Source of the DNA: an uncultured Erysipelotrichaceae bacterium
GTDB taxonomy: Bacteria > Bacillota_I > Bacilli_A > RFN20 > CAG-826
Length of the DNA: 64,000 nt
Direction: 5' to 3'
Assembly (NCBI GenBank): GCA_902798595.1
Contig: CADBXE010000005.1
Location: 18,274-82,273 of the forward strand
Shown here: positions 56,195-64,000 of the stretch, piece by piece
Numbering within the stretch: position 1 is the first letter of the stretch
How the letters are laid out: every line of letters starts with the position of its first letter
Notes under the pieces: model-generated
Told to the model about the DNA's origin: nothing
The model's database searches: none
The model's input: the letters and a program-made list of their open reading frames with translations, nothing else
Position numbers and translations under genes: made by a program

Positions 56195-56231
56195 TTAAAA
56201 GGCCGGAATTAACACGTTCCGGCCTTTTTAT
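56195..56231. terminator. bidirectional intrinsic terminator between convergent genes
   Basis: AAGGCCGGAA-8 nt-TTCCGGCCTT is flanked by AAAA on one side and TTTTATT on the other. Confidence 0.7.
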
Positions 56232-56257
56232 TATCTTTAAATATAATTTAACCAGTT

Positions 56258-56923
56258 TTACTTTTTCGTGGTTAAGAGCGCCGATAAATGCACAATGCAT
56301 CTAACAAGAAGAGCGCCGACACTATTTGTGAGAATAACAATTAGTAAATTCCACAGCATATTAATATTCCAATTGAATGCCATACCAAAATAAAACATAT
56401 TAGCGATACAGTGTTGGAAACCACAATAAACAAATAATGTGACCGCAGTAATAATACCCACGATCTTCATGCCATAGTTTTGTAAGTTCTTGAAGAAATA
56501 AACAGCGATGTAAACTAAAGCGCCGCAGAAAATGCCTTGTAAGAAAACTGTATCTGAAGCAGTCTTACCTTCTGAAATAGCTTTAATTTTACTCGCAACT
56601 TCTGGAAGATTCATGAAGATAAAATGGCAAAGAATGCCAAGGGCAAACGCACCTATCGCATTACCCACAAGCATAATTGGTAAATTAATCGCGTTTTCTT
56701 TAAGTTTTTCTCTATCGTCAAAGACGACACCAATTTTGCCTGTGTATAATTGAAGACCAAGCACACAAACAAGAATTAAACCGACGGAGAACAATGCAGA
56801 CGCAAATATCTTTCCTGCGGTGGTGTCACCCATATAGGTACTCACAATGGTAAAAACAAATGATCCGAGACCAATCGCTAAACCTGCATAGATGCCATAG
56901 AGCAAAACTTTTAAGTATTTCAT
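56258..56923 (-). CDS. formate/nitrite transporter (FNT) family channel, short form (221 aa)
   Basis: FNT signatures LQLYTGKIG and CGFQHCIANMFYFG. Start set at ATG 56923, one nt after the xpt stop. Confidence 0.7.
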   Translation of the reverse strand: MKYLKVLLYGIYAGLAIGLGSFVFTIVSTYMGDTTAGKIFASALFSVGLILVCVLGLQLYTGKIGVVFDDREKLKENAINLPIMLVGNAIGAFALGILCHFIFMNLPEVASKIKAISEGKTASDTVFLQGIFCGALVYIAVYFFKNLQNYGMKIVGIITAVTLFVYCGFQHCIANMFYFGMAFNWNINMLWNLLIVILTNSVGALLVRCIVHLSALLTTKK

Positions 56924-56924
56924 A

Positions 56925-57488
56925 TTAGAAAACTGGTTTGTTATCAACGAAAGCTTTGACATTCGCGCCACTATAAACGCGTAAGCCTAATTCTTCCAAT
57001 CTCTTTCTTCCGCCTTGGAAGCCTTTTTCAACAGCAACCGCTACACCTAAGACAGTAGCGTCTGCTTGTTTACATAAATCATATAAACCAAAAGAGGCAT
57101 TGCCTTCCGCTAAAAAGTCATCGACAATCAATACCTTATCGCCTCTTTTTAAATATCTATCTCTCACGGTAATTTGTGAATTGATATTACGAGTGAATGA
57201 TTTAACAGTGGCGGTATAGACATCGTTGCCAACTGTCGCGGATTTACTCTTTTTAGCAAAAACGAGAGGGACGTTACCTAATTCTTCTGCAACTGCAAAA
57301 GCAAGTGGAATACCACTAGTTTCAATAGTTAATACTTTTTTCGCGGTTGGAAATTCCGCGGCGATTTCTTTTGCTAATGCTCTTGTTAAAGAAACATCAA
57401 TTTGGTGATTCAAGAATGAATCAACTTTTAAAATATCATTGTTAATGATCACGCCATCTTCAAGGATGCGGTCTTCTAATAATTTCAT
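56925..57488 (-). CDS. xpt: xanthine phosphoribosyltransferase
   Basis: MKLLEDRILEDG..I....ILKVDSFLNHQID and VLIVDDFLAEGNA are typical of Xpt. The start overlaps the hpt stop (TAATG). Confidence 0.85.
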   Translation of the reverse strand: MKLLEDRILEDGVIINNDILKVDSFLNHQIDVSLTRALAKEIAAEFPTAKKVLTIETSGIPLAFAVAEELGNVPLVFAKKSKSATVGNDVYTATVKSFTRNINSQITVRDRYLKRGDKVLIVDDFLAEGNASFGLYDLCKQADATVLGVAVAVEKGFQGGRKRLEELGLRVYSGANVKAFVDNKPVF

Positions 57489-58054
57489 TATTTTTGGATC
57501 TCCTCATTCCATTTATCGATGTCTTCTGGTTGAGCGACATAAACATAAGGAACGTTTCTCTCCAATTCGTTATAGTCTAAGCCATAGCCAACGAGGAAAT
57601 AGTTCTCTTTGAGAGTCTTACCAACATAATCGATCTTAATGTTTTCACATCTGGCATATTCTTTATCGAATAAAGCACAGATAATAATTCTTTTTGGTTT
57701 GTAGTTTTCGTTTAAGTGATCGATAAGATATTTCATAGAAATACCAGTATCAACGACATCTTCGACCACTACAACCGTGCGGTCTTTAATATCCATATCA
57801 AAATCTTTCTTTAAATTGATTTTGCCTGTGGATTGTACACCAGCATAAGATGAGATTTGAATGAAATCAGTGAAAATAGGTCTATCAATACGCTTGATTA
57901 AATCAAACATGAAATTAAGAGCGCCTTTCATGACACCCAAAAAGAGTGGAGTTTTTTCTTCGTTTTTTAACTCTTCTGTTAATCTCTTACCAAAATCATT
58001 ACAAATGTTTTGGATTTGTTCTTCGGATAAAACTATTTCACGATTTTCTTTCAT
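57488..58054 (-). CDS. hpt: hypoxanthine(-guanine) phosphoribosyltransferase
   Basis: Motifs LGVMKGA, VVVVEDVVDTGIS and GYGLDY. Confidence 0.9.
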   Translation of the reverse strand: MKENREIVLSEEQIQNICNDFGKRLTEELKNEEKTPLFLGVMKGALNFMFDLIKRIDRPIFTDFIQISSYAGVQSTGKINLKKDFDMDIKDRTVVVVEDVVDTGISMKYLIDHLNENYKPKRIIICALFDKEYARCENIKIDYVGKTLKENYFLVGYGLDYNELERNVPYVYVAQPEDIDKWNEEIQK

Positions 58055-58069
58055 AGGTAAAGCCTCCTA

Positions 58070-59050
58070 TTATTCCCATTCAATGGTGGCGCATGGTTTA
58101 TTACTTAAATCATATAATACACGATTTACGCCTTTAACTTCATTTAAAATTCTATCTCTAATTTTACCTAAAAGGGCATAAGGAATTTCTTCGATGCTTG
58201 CTGTAACGGCGTCAACAGAGTTGATTGCGCGGATAACTACTGGCCATTCAAATGTTCTTTTGCCGTCTTTAATACCAGTGGATTTAACTGGTGGAACGAC
58301 TGTGAAGTATTGCCAGACTTTTTGATCTAAACCCGCATTAGCGAATTCTTCTCTTAAGATAGCATCACTTTCTCTCACCGCTTCAAGTCTATCGCGTGTA
58401 ATAGCGCCCACGCATCTCACGCCTAAACCTGGGCCTGGGAATGGTTGACGGTAGACCATACCATGTGGTAAGCCTAGGGCTTCACCAACTTGTCTAACTT
58501 CGTCCTTATATAATAACTTCACTGGTTCAACGAGTTCAAAACCAAGTTCCGCTGGTAAACCACCAACATTGTGGTGAGCTTTTAGACCAACAGATTCTAA
58601 AATGTCAGGATAAATAGTACCTTGTCCTAAGAAAGAGATACCATTAAGTTTTTGTGCTTCTCTTTTAAACACATCGATAAAGATTTTACCGATAATTTTT
58701 CTTTTTTGTTCTGGATCTTCGACACCCGCGAGAGCGTCTAAGAATTCATCAACTGCGTCAACATAGATTAAGTTAGCGCCTAATTGTTCTTTAAATACTT
58801 TAATAACTTGTTCTGGCTCGCCTTTTCTTAATAAACCATGGTTCACGTGAACACATGTTAAGTTGTTGCCAATAGCTTTAATTAATAAAGCGGCACACAC
58901 TGAAGAGTCGACACCACCAGAAAGCGCTAGTAATACTTTCTTGTCTCCGACTTGAGCACGAATTTCCTTAATTTGTTCCTCAATGAACGCATTAGCTAAC
59001 TCACGGTTATTAATACGTTTCATGTTTGGATCTCTGACATTTCCGTTCAT
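58070..59050 (-). CDS. guaA: GMP synthase ATP-pyrophosphatase/dimerisation part only (no glutamine amidotransferase domain)
   Basis: PP-loop LALSGGVDSSV and the C-terminal KPCATIEWE. It is 326 aa, with ATG 59050 six nt after a GGAGGG RBS. The upstream space is fully occupied by an unrelated kinase gene. Confidence 0.8.
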   Translation of the reverse strand: MNGNVRDPNMKRINNRELANAFIEEQIKEIRAQVGDKKVLLALSGGVDSSVCAALLIKAIGNNLTCVHVNHGLLRKGEPEQVIKVFKEQLGANLIYVDAVDEFLDALAGVEDPEQKRKIIGKIFIDVFKREAQKLNGISFLGQGTIYPDILESVGLKAHHNVGGLPAELGFELVEPVKLLYKDEVRQVGEALGLPHGMVYRQPFPGPGLGVRCVGAITRDRLEAVRESDAILREEFANAGLDQKVWQYFTVVPPVKSTGIKDGKRTFEWPVVIRAINSVDAVTASIEEIPYALLGKIRDRILNEVKGVNRVLYDLSNKPCATIEWE

Positions 59051-59061
59051 AACTTTCCCTC

Positions 59062-59529
59062 CTACCAATGAACTTCAATTACCTTGTTGAAGAGTTTTTT
59101 AACTTCTTCTGTAGGTTCTTCAAACTTGTTGATTAAAACTTCAAGTTGTTCATCAGGCACAATCGAAGTTTCTTTTCGTTGCTTGTTATAGAAACGAATT
59201 TGTTCAACTGTGCGGGGAAATAAAACTAAAACATATTCATCGTATTCAGGATTTTCCTTAACGTACTTTTCTCTTAAGACATTTAAGTCCGTTAAAGCAT
59301 CTAAAATTACGGTTACGTCATCATATTTTTTAGCGTATTCATGGATTCTAAAAGAAAAAAGCTCCCATACTTCTTTTTGCTTTGAAAAATCCTGTGTCGT
59401 CCCGGTGAGTTCGTACCTAATCTCGTCACTAGACACAATCAAAGCATGTGGATGAGCCTCTTGATACGCTTTTGCCCATGTAGATTTACCACTACCAGGC
59501 ATAGCAGATAACATGATAAGTGTTTTCAT
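59062..59529 (-). CDS. P-loop kinase (AAA_33 / polynucleotide-kinase-like) of unknown substrate
   Basis: Walker A is AMPGSGKST at the N-terminus, in a 155-aa protein with a SSDEIR motif. Confidence 0.5.
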   Translation of the reverse strand: MKTLIMLSAMPGSGKSTWAKAYQEAHPHALIVSSDEIRYELTGTTQDFSKQKEVWELFSFRIHEYAKKYDDVTVILDALTDLNVLREKYVKENPEYDEYVLVLFPRTVEQIRFYNKQRKETSIVPDEQLEVLINKFEEPTEEVKKLFNKVIEVHW

Positions 59530-59565
59530 TTCTTCCTCCGATTCGGTTGAACGAAATCCTATCTA

Positions 59566-60447
59566 TTAGCAACTTTTAAATAAAAAGTTCCTACGTGATA
59601 ATACAACACCCGGTTTATCTTCTTTATAAGTGACACCAAACCACACTGATGGAGTGGATAATAAGCGCACGGTCGCCTTATTTTCATGAACTAATTCATC
59701 AACCACTGTTGGAATTAAGAATTCAGATTTAGGAACATTGATATTTTCTTTTAGCCAAAGTGGGAACTTTTCGCCTAAAGCAGGAATGAGGTCCTTATTG
59801 AAGCAGAATAAGTTCATGGACACCAATTGATTTGGTTCGGTTTCAAAGACTGGAGAACCGTCTAGTGGTTCGCAAACAACTTTGTTGCCCTTAGCGTAGA
59901 TACTGGATTCAATGAGTTTTTCTAAACAACCATTTGCGTCTTTAAAGGCTACACCTCTTTTAACCGCACCATTTTCGGTCATTGTGTTCTTAGCTTCGAA
60001 CGCAACAATAGCGTATTTGCCTTTACTATCTTTTGGTAAGGAAGCTAAATATTTGTAAGCAACTTCATATGTTTCTTTACCATAGAAATCATCACCATTG
60101 ATGACGATAAAATCTTCCTTAATCAATCCACGTGCCGCGTAAATTGCATGAGCGGTGCCCCATGGTTTCTCTCTTCCTTCTGGGCATTTGAAGCCTTCTG
60201 GAAGGTCGTTTAAATCTTGGAAAGCGTACTCAACTTTAATAATCTTTTCCGCTCTTTTACCAATCGTATCTCTGAAAGCTTCATAGAAATCTTTTTTGAT
60301 AATGAAGACGACAGAACTGAAACCCGCACGCTTTGCGTCATAAATGGAATAGTCTAATAAGAAGTTATTATACTCATCCATTGGTTCCATTTGTTTGAGG
60401 CCACCAAAACGGCTACCCATGCCTGCGGCCATAATGACTAGTTGCAT
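59566..60447 (-). CDS. sugar-phosphate nucleotidyltransferase family protein
   Basis: The N-terminal signature IMAAGMGSRFGG.K and the GDDFY motif match the NTP_transferase fold. Confidence 0.6.
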   Translation of the reverse strand: MQLVIMAAGMGSRFGGLKQMEPMDEYNNFLLDYSIYDAKRAGFSSVVFIIKKDFYEAFRDTIGKRAEKIIKVEYAFQDLNDLPEGFKCPEGREKPWGTAHAIYAARGLIKEDFIVINGDDFYGKETYEVAYKYLASLPKDSKGKYAIVAFEAKNTMTENGAVKRGVAFKDANGCLEKLIESSIYAKGNKVVCEPLDGSPVFETEPNQLVSMNLFCFNKDLIPALGEKFPLWLKENINVPKSEFLIPTVVDELVHENKATVRLLSTPSVWFGVTYKEDKPGVVLSRRNFLFKSC

Positions 60448-60465
60448 AATGTAAAACTCCCTTGT

Positions 60466-61410
60466 TTATTTAAAAAATAATGCTGCAGCACCAATCTTAC
60501 CGGAATCATATCCTAATTCCGCTGGAACAACCTTAACTGCTGGTGTTGCTTTATATCCATAGAAACGTTCTTCGATATATTTATTTAATGGATCAAATAG
60601 TGGTTTGCCTGCATTAGCAATACCACCAGAAAGAACAACAACATTTGGTCTAAAGATGTTGCAGAAATTTAATATACCTTCACCAAGATACTTGATATAG
60701 TTATTCAATACTTGTTCAGCGCTTTTATCGCCTCTAGCAGCGGCTTCAAAGACAACCTTACCACCCACTAATTCAATTTCAGGTGATACTTGCCACATAA
60801 GAGAGCGCTTATTGCCATACATGGCTTTTTTAGTTTCTCTGATTAAAGCGGTAGCGGAAGCATAAGCTTCTAAACAGCCTTTTCTACCACATGAACATGG
60901 TTCACCATCAACTTGAATAACGGTGTGACCGAGTTCTCCGCCTTTACCTTCATTGCCTTCATAAAGTTTGCCATTGATGATGATACCACCACCAACGCCT
61001 GTACCTAATGTAAGCATAATGACGGTTTCATAAGCCTTACCCGCACCAAACTTCGCTTCGCCTAATGCGGCAGCGTTCGCGTCATTAGTTAAACGCACTG
61101 GATAAGGTAATACTTCTTGCATGATTTGAGTAACTGGTAATTCATTCCAGCCTAAGTTATTCGCATAATTAACGATACCATGCTCAACGTCTAACGTACC
61201 TGGAGAACCAATACCTATACCTGCTATTTTTCCTTCTAAATGTTGAGAAGCGATATAATCTTTCACTAATTCTGCGAGTTGTCTAATGGTTTTTTCACCA
61301 GGTTCGCCTTTAACAAAAGGCATGGAAAATTTGTCATAGACACGACCGTTACTATCAACCGCCGCACCTTTAATTGACATACCACCAATATCAATACCAA
61401 TTGCAATCAT
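60466..61410 (-). CDS. ROK-family glucokinase
   Basis: GIDIGGMSIK ATP-binding start, plus ELGH and the CSCGRKGCLE zinc motif. Confidence 0.8.
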   Translation of the reverse strand: MIAIGIDIGGMSIKGAAVDSNGRVYDKFSMPFVKGEPGEKTIRQLAELVKDYIASQHLEGKIAGIGIGSPGTLDVEHGIVNYANNLGWNELPVTQIMQEVLPYPVRLTNDANAAALGEAKFGAGKAYETVIMLTLGTGVGGGIIINGKLYEGNEGKGGELGHTVIQVDGEPCSCGRKGCLEAYASATALIRETKKAMYGNKRSLMWQVSPEIELVGGKVVFEAAARGDKSAEQVLNNYIKYLGEGILNFCNIFRPNVVVLSGGIANAGKPLFDPLNKYIEERFYGYKATPAVKVVPAELGYDSGKIGAAALFFK

Positions 61411-61418
61411 AGCGTCAC

Positions 61419-61664
61419 CTAAAACTTAATATCGTAGAAGACGAAGTTATTATCATTATCGATATAACCGACTTCTTTATCTTTGATAATGATGTAGCCA
61501 TCATCATCGACATAGCCGAGTTTCTTGGCACCAAAAGAGATTTCACCTTCTGGAGTGATATCTGCGAACTTTTGACGGTTGATAAAAATGCCTTGACGGT
61601 CAATATATCCCACCATCTTTTCACCAACAAAAACGTTCTTACCAAAACTCTCGACAATTTGCAT
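61419..61664 (-). CDS. small repeat protein (81 aa; G-Y-I/V-D repeats, possibly the family annotated as 4-fold beta flower)
   Basis: Three clear (V/L)GY(I/V)D(x)(D/Q/N)G units. It is tightly packed between the glmU-like and glucokinase genes. Confidence 0.4.
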   Translation of the reverse strand: MQIVESFGKNVFVGEKMVGYIDRQGIFINRQKFADITPEGEISFGAKKLGYVDDDGYIIIKDKEVGYIDNDNNFVFYDIKF

Positions 61665-61665
61665 A

Positions 61666-62682
61666 CTATTTACCTTTCTTATCTACAAAAGGACCGACTT
61701 TTGCAGCGTTTTCGACCTTAACACCGTCTAAATTAGAGGAGATAATCTCCGCATCATTACCCACTTCAACGTTATTAAGAATAGTGTTTGGGCCAATGGA
61801 ACAAGCTTCACCAATTTTGGATTTACCTAAAATTGTGGTGTTACTTCTAATCACGGTATCTTGACCAATTTCTACATCTGGGGAAATATAAGCGGAATCA
61901 ATATCCTCAATAGAAACACCGGAGAGCATTAATCTTTGATTAATTCTTCTACGCATAATCTTAGCCGCATACGCTAATTGGACACGGTTGTTAATGCTAT
62001 AAACTTCTTTCATTTCTTCCGCAACGAAGACACCAACATGGTAATTATCTTGGATGAATAATTGGACTAATTCAGATAAGTAGAACAAGTGACGATTATT
62101 ATCCACGGATAATCTTTCAATATATTTGAATAACAATTCGTTATCAATGATACAGATACCAGTGTTAACTTCGTTAATTTCATATTCAGCGAATGTACAA
62201 TCGCTTTCTTCTCTAATCGCTAAGATACGATTTGATTTATCTTCGCGTAAAATACGACCATAACCTTTTGGATTGTCTAAAACCGCAGAAACAACAGTCA
62301 TGTCATATCTGTTCTTTTCGTGGATGTGGAAGATTTGACGCAAAGTTTCTGTTTCTACTAATGGGGTGTCACCATAGATCACTAATGTTTGACCTGGTTT
62401 ACCTTCTAAGAATGGCTTTGCTTGTAAAACAGCGTGACCTGTACCTAATAATCTCTTTTGCCAAACGACATCTGATTCTTTTTCGACAAGAGATTTTGTT
62501 AATTCGCCACCAAAGCCCACAACAGTAACAATTTCTTGTGGATCAAGTGGCTTAACCGCATCAATAACATAGTTAATAATTGGTTTACCTAAAATTGGAT
62601 AGGAAACCTTTGAGTGCTCTGGATCACGGGAATTCATTCCTGTGCCTTTGCCAGCCGCTAGTACGACTACATATTTGTTCAT
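61666..62682 (-). CDS. GlmU-like sugar-1-phosphate uridylyltransferase with a truncated left-handed beta-helix (338 aa)
   Basis: LAAGKGTGM, GTGHAV and IYGDTPL motifs of the GlmU N-terminal domain. Only ~85 aa of hexapeptide repeats follow. Confidence 0.65.
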   Translation of the reverse strand: MNKYVVVLAAGKGTGMNSRDPEHSKVSYPILGKPIINYVIDAVKPLDPQEIVTVVGFGGELTKSLVEKESDVVWQKRLLGTGHAVLQAKPFLEGKPGQTLVIYGDTPLVETETLRQIFHIHEKNRYDMTVVSAVLDNPKGYGRILREDKSNRILAIREESDCTFAEYEINEVNTGICIIDNELLFKYIERLSVDNNRHLFYLSELVQLFIQDNYHVGVFVAEEMKEVYSINNRVQLAYAAKIMRRRINQRLMLSGVSIEDIDSAYISPDVEIGQDTVIRSNTTILGKSKIGEACSIGPNTILNNVEVGNDAEIISSNLDGVKVENAAKVGPFVDKKGK

Positions 62683-62719
62683 AAAAGAACCTCCATTATA
62701 TGTATGTAATTTACAAAAA

Positions 62720-63580
62720 TTATTTCAATACACGGGCCAATTCGACCTGGTATTTGTTGTCAAATTTCTTAAGAATGTTCTTAAGTAGTTTTTTATCAGT
62801 GCTTAAAGCAAAAGCAGCAGAACCTGAGCCTGTCATTTGGACGATTTTAAGACCACAATCACGCAATTCATCAATAATGGTTTGGATTTGTGGCACTAAT
62901 TTAATAGCAGGGGCTTGCAAGGAATTGCCGATACTAGCCGCTAATAAATCATCATCGCCCTCTTTTAATGCTTTAATTACATTATCCACGTTACAAATTG
63001 TTAAATCCATAGAATCTGCCATAGCATAAACTTCTTTAGTGGAACAGCCGGCTTCTGGCTTAACAATAAGAACGTAATAGTTATTTTTAATTTCAATTGG
63101 TTCAAGAATTTCACCAAGACCTTTGCATCTTGCGGGTTTGCATTTAACAAAGAATGGGATATCACAACCCAATGTTTTACCAATTTCCATTAATTCTTCA
63201 TCTGTAGCGCCTAATTTTAAAAGATCATTGACCGCTTTCAAAGAGCAAGCAGCGTTAGATGAGCCACCGCCTAAACCCGCTTGAATAGGAATAACCTTAT
63301 GAATAAGGATTCTGAATTTTTCATTGAAATGGTAGATGCTACGCAACTTATCAATTGAGAACGTTGCTAAATTATAGCTGAATGTACCAATAGAGAAATC
63401 ATCAACTGTAACAAAGTTATCTGGTGATTTTTCTAATGTATCCACCACTAAAGAATCGTGCAATGAAATAGGAACCATAATCATATCTAATTCATGGTAA
63501 CCATCTGCACGTTTCCCTGTGATATTTAAGCAAAGATTAATTTTTGCGTAGCTACGAATGTGTAAACTTTTCATCTTCAA
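62720..63580 (-). CDS. ispE: 4-(cytidine 5'-diphospho)-2-C-methyl-D-erythritol kinase
   Basis: YAKINLCLNITGKRADGYHEL start and the GHMP motif PIQAGLGGGSSNAA. Confidence 0.85.
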   Translation of the reverse strand: MKMKSLHIRSYAKINLCLNITGKRADGYHELDMIMVPISLHDSLVVDTLEKSPDNFVTVDDFSIGTFSYNLATFSIDKLRSIYHFNEKFRILIHKVIPIQAGLGGGSSNAACSLKAVNDLLKLGATDEELMEIGKTLGCDIPFFVKCKPARCKGLGEILEPIEIKNNYYVLIVKPEAGCSTKEVYAMADSMDLTICNVDNVIKALKEGDDDLLAASIGNSLQAPAIKLVPQIQTIIDELRDCGLKIVQMTGSGSAAFALSTDKKLLKNILKKFDNKYQVELARVLK

Positions 63581-63622
63581 TTTAATTGTAACACGTTAAA
63601 AAATATTTTTAAGGGGGACTTA

Positions 63623-64000
63623 TTACTTTTGTAGATACTTGAAAATAGTTAAATAAGTTTCTGGTAATAAATCCTCTGGACGAGACAATGGATTAATCCC
63701 AAGGTCGGAACATAATTTTGCCACAAGTTCTTTGTCTCTCAAAGTATTAACTAAGTTATTTTGAATTGTTTTGCGTCTGTTCAAGAATAATGACTTCGCT
63801 AATTTGAACGCCCCAACAGCGTCTTCCCTATTTTTGTTTTCATCAATAGTGATAGCGAACACTACTGAGCTACATTTAGGGGCTGGGTAAAATGAACCAG
63901 CCTTCACTACAAATAGTTTTTCAATGGATCCAAGTAAATGTAATAAGACAGAAACCGGTCCATATTCTTTACCTTTTACATCATAAAAGCGATTGAGCGC
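63623..64000 (-). CDS. rsmA: 16S rRNA (adenine1518/1519-N6)-dimethyltransferase, C-terminal part; 5' end outside the window
   Basis: The frame is open to nt 64000 (ALNRFYDVKGKEYGPVSVLL...). FYPAPKCSSVV and FLNRRKT are KsgA/RsmA C-terminal motifs. Confidence 0.8.
   Translation of the reverse strand, partial: ALNRFYDVKGKEYGPVSVLLHLLGSIEKLFVVKAGSFYPAPKCSSVVFAITIDENKNREDAVGAFKLAKSLFLNRRKTIQNNLVNTLRDKELVAKLCSDLGINPLSRPEDLLPETYLTIFKYLQK

Noticed and set aside
61415-61657. 80-aa ORF overlapping the 81-aa repeat-protein gene in another frame
   Set aside because: It occupies the same strand and almost the same coordinates. The 61419-61664 frame has the internal G-Y-I/V-D periodicity and a start adjacent to the upstream gene's stop, and the alternative frame has neither.
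1-64000. Mobile elements, prophage, CRISPR-Cas, restriction-modification or other classical defence systems, tRNA/rRNA genes
   Set aside because: I found no transposase, integrase or recombinase motifs, no inverted-repeat-bounded element, no spacer-repeat array, no methyltransferase or nuclease gene pair, and no cloverleaf-like or rRNA-like segments in the intergenic regions. The only insertion footprint is the short birA-end duplication reported as a finding.

Overview
This is a low-GC, densely packed bacterial chromosome segment of about 50 genes. It uses the standard genetic code: TGA acts as a stop and Trp is TGG. Surface proteins here are lipoproteins or are held by N- or C-terminal membrane helices, and I saw no LPXTG signal. 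That fits a wall-less or Erysipelotrichia/Acholeplasma-like Bacillota/Mycoplasmatota anaerobe, but I cannot name the organism.

Housekeeping blocks:
- asnA (partial) and a HAD hydrolase.
- birA next to a pckA-oadA-oadG-BCCP-oadB operon.
- gpmA, and a Na/Pi transporter-CPBP protease-lgt operon.
- A pyrimidine salvage operon (uracil permease-upp-prs) and apt.
- A purine-riboswitch-controlled BMP-type nucleoside ABC transporter.
- A long minus-strand array: rsmA (partial), ispE, glmU-like, ROK glucokinase, nucleotidyltransferase, P-loop kinase, GATase-less guaA, hpt, xpt and an FNT channel.

Accessory (secretome) blocks, all tandem paralog arrays:
- Three secreted proteins that fuse an HEXXH metallopeptidase domain to a clostripain-like C11 cysteine peptidase domain. 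They share a near-identical 5' cassette plus repeated promoter and terminator modules.
- Three domain-permuted GH3 glycosidases plus a CBM-like lipoprotein.
- Two lipoproteins of about 1000 aa, built from Big_3 domains plus about seven ~100-aa modules I do not recognise.

Other points:
- A tightly coupled three-gene operon of unknown function (FAD oxidoreductase, CofE-like ligase, DUF1846) is a further candidate for undescribed biochemistry.
- RNA-level elements I could read are a guanine-type purine riboswitch, a terminator/antiterminator leader before the uracil permease, an interleaved-helix leader before the CBM lipoprotein, and many intrinsic terminators.
- I recognised no rRNA, tRNA, CRISPR array, transposase, integrase or phage gene.
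- All family calls rest on motifs read by eye, not on database searches.
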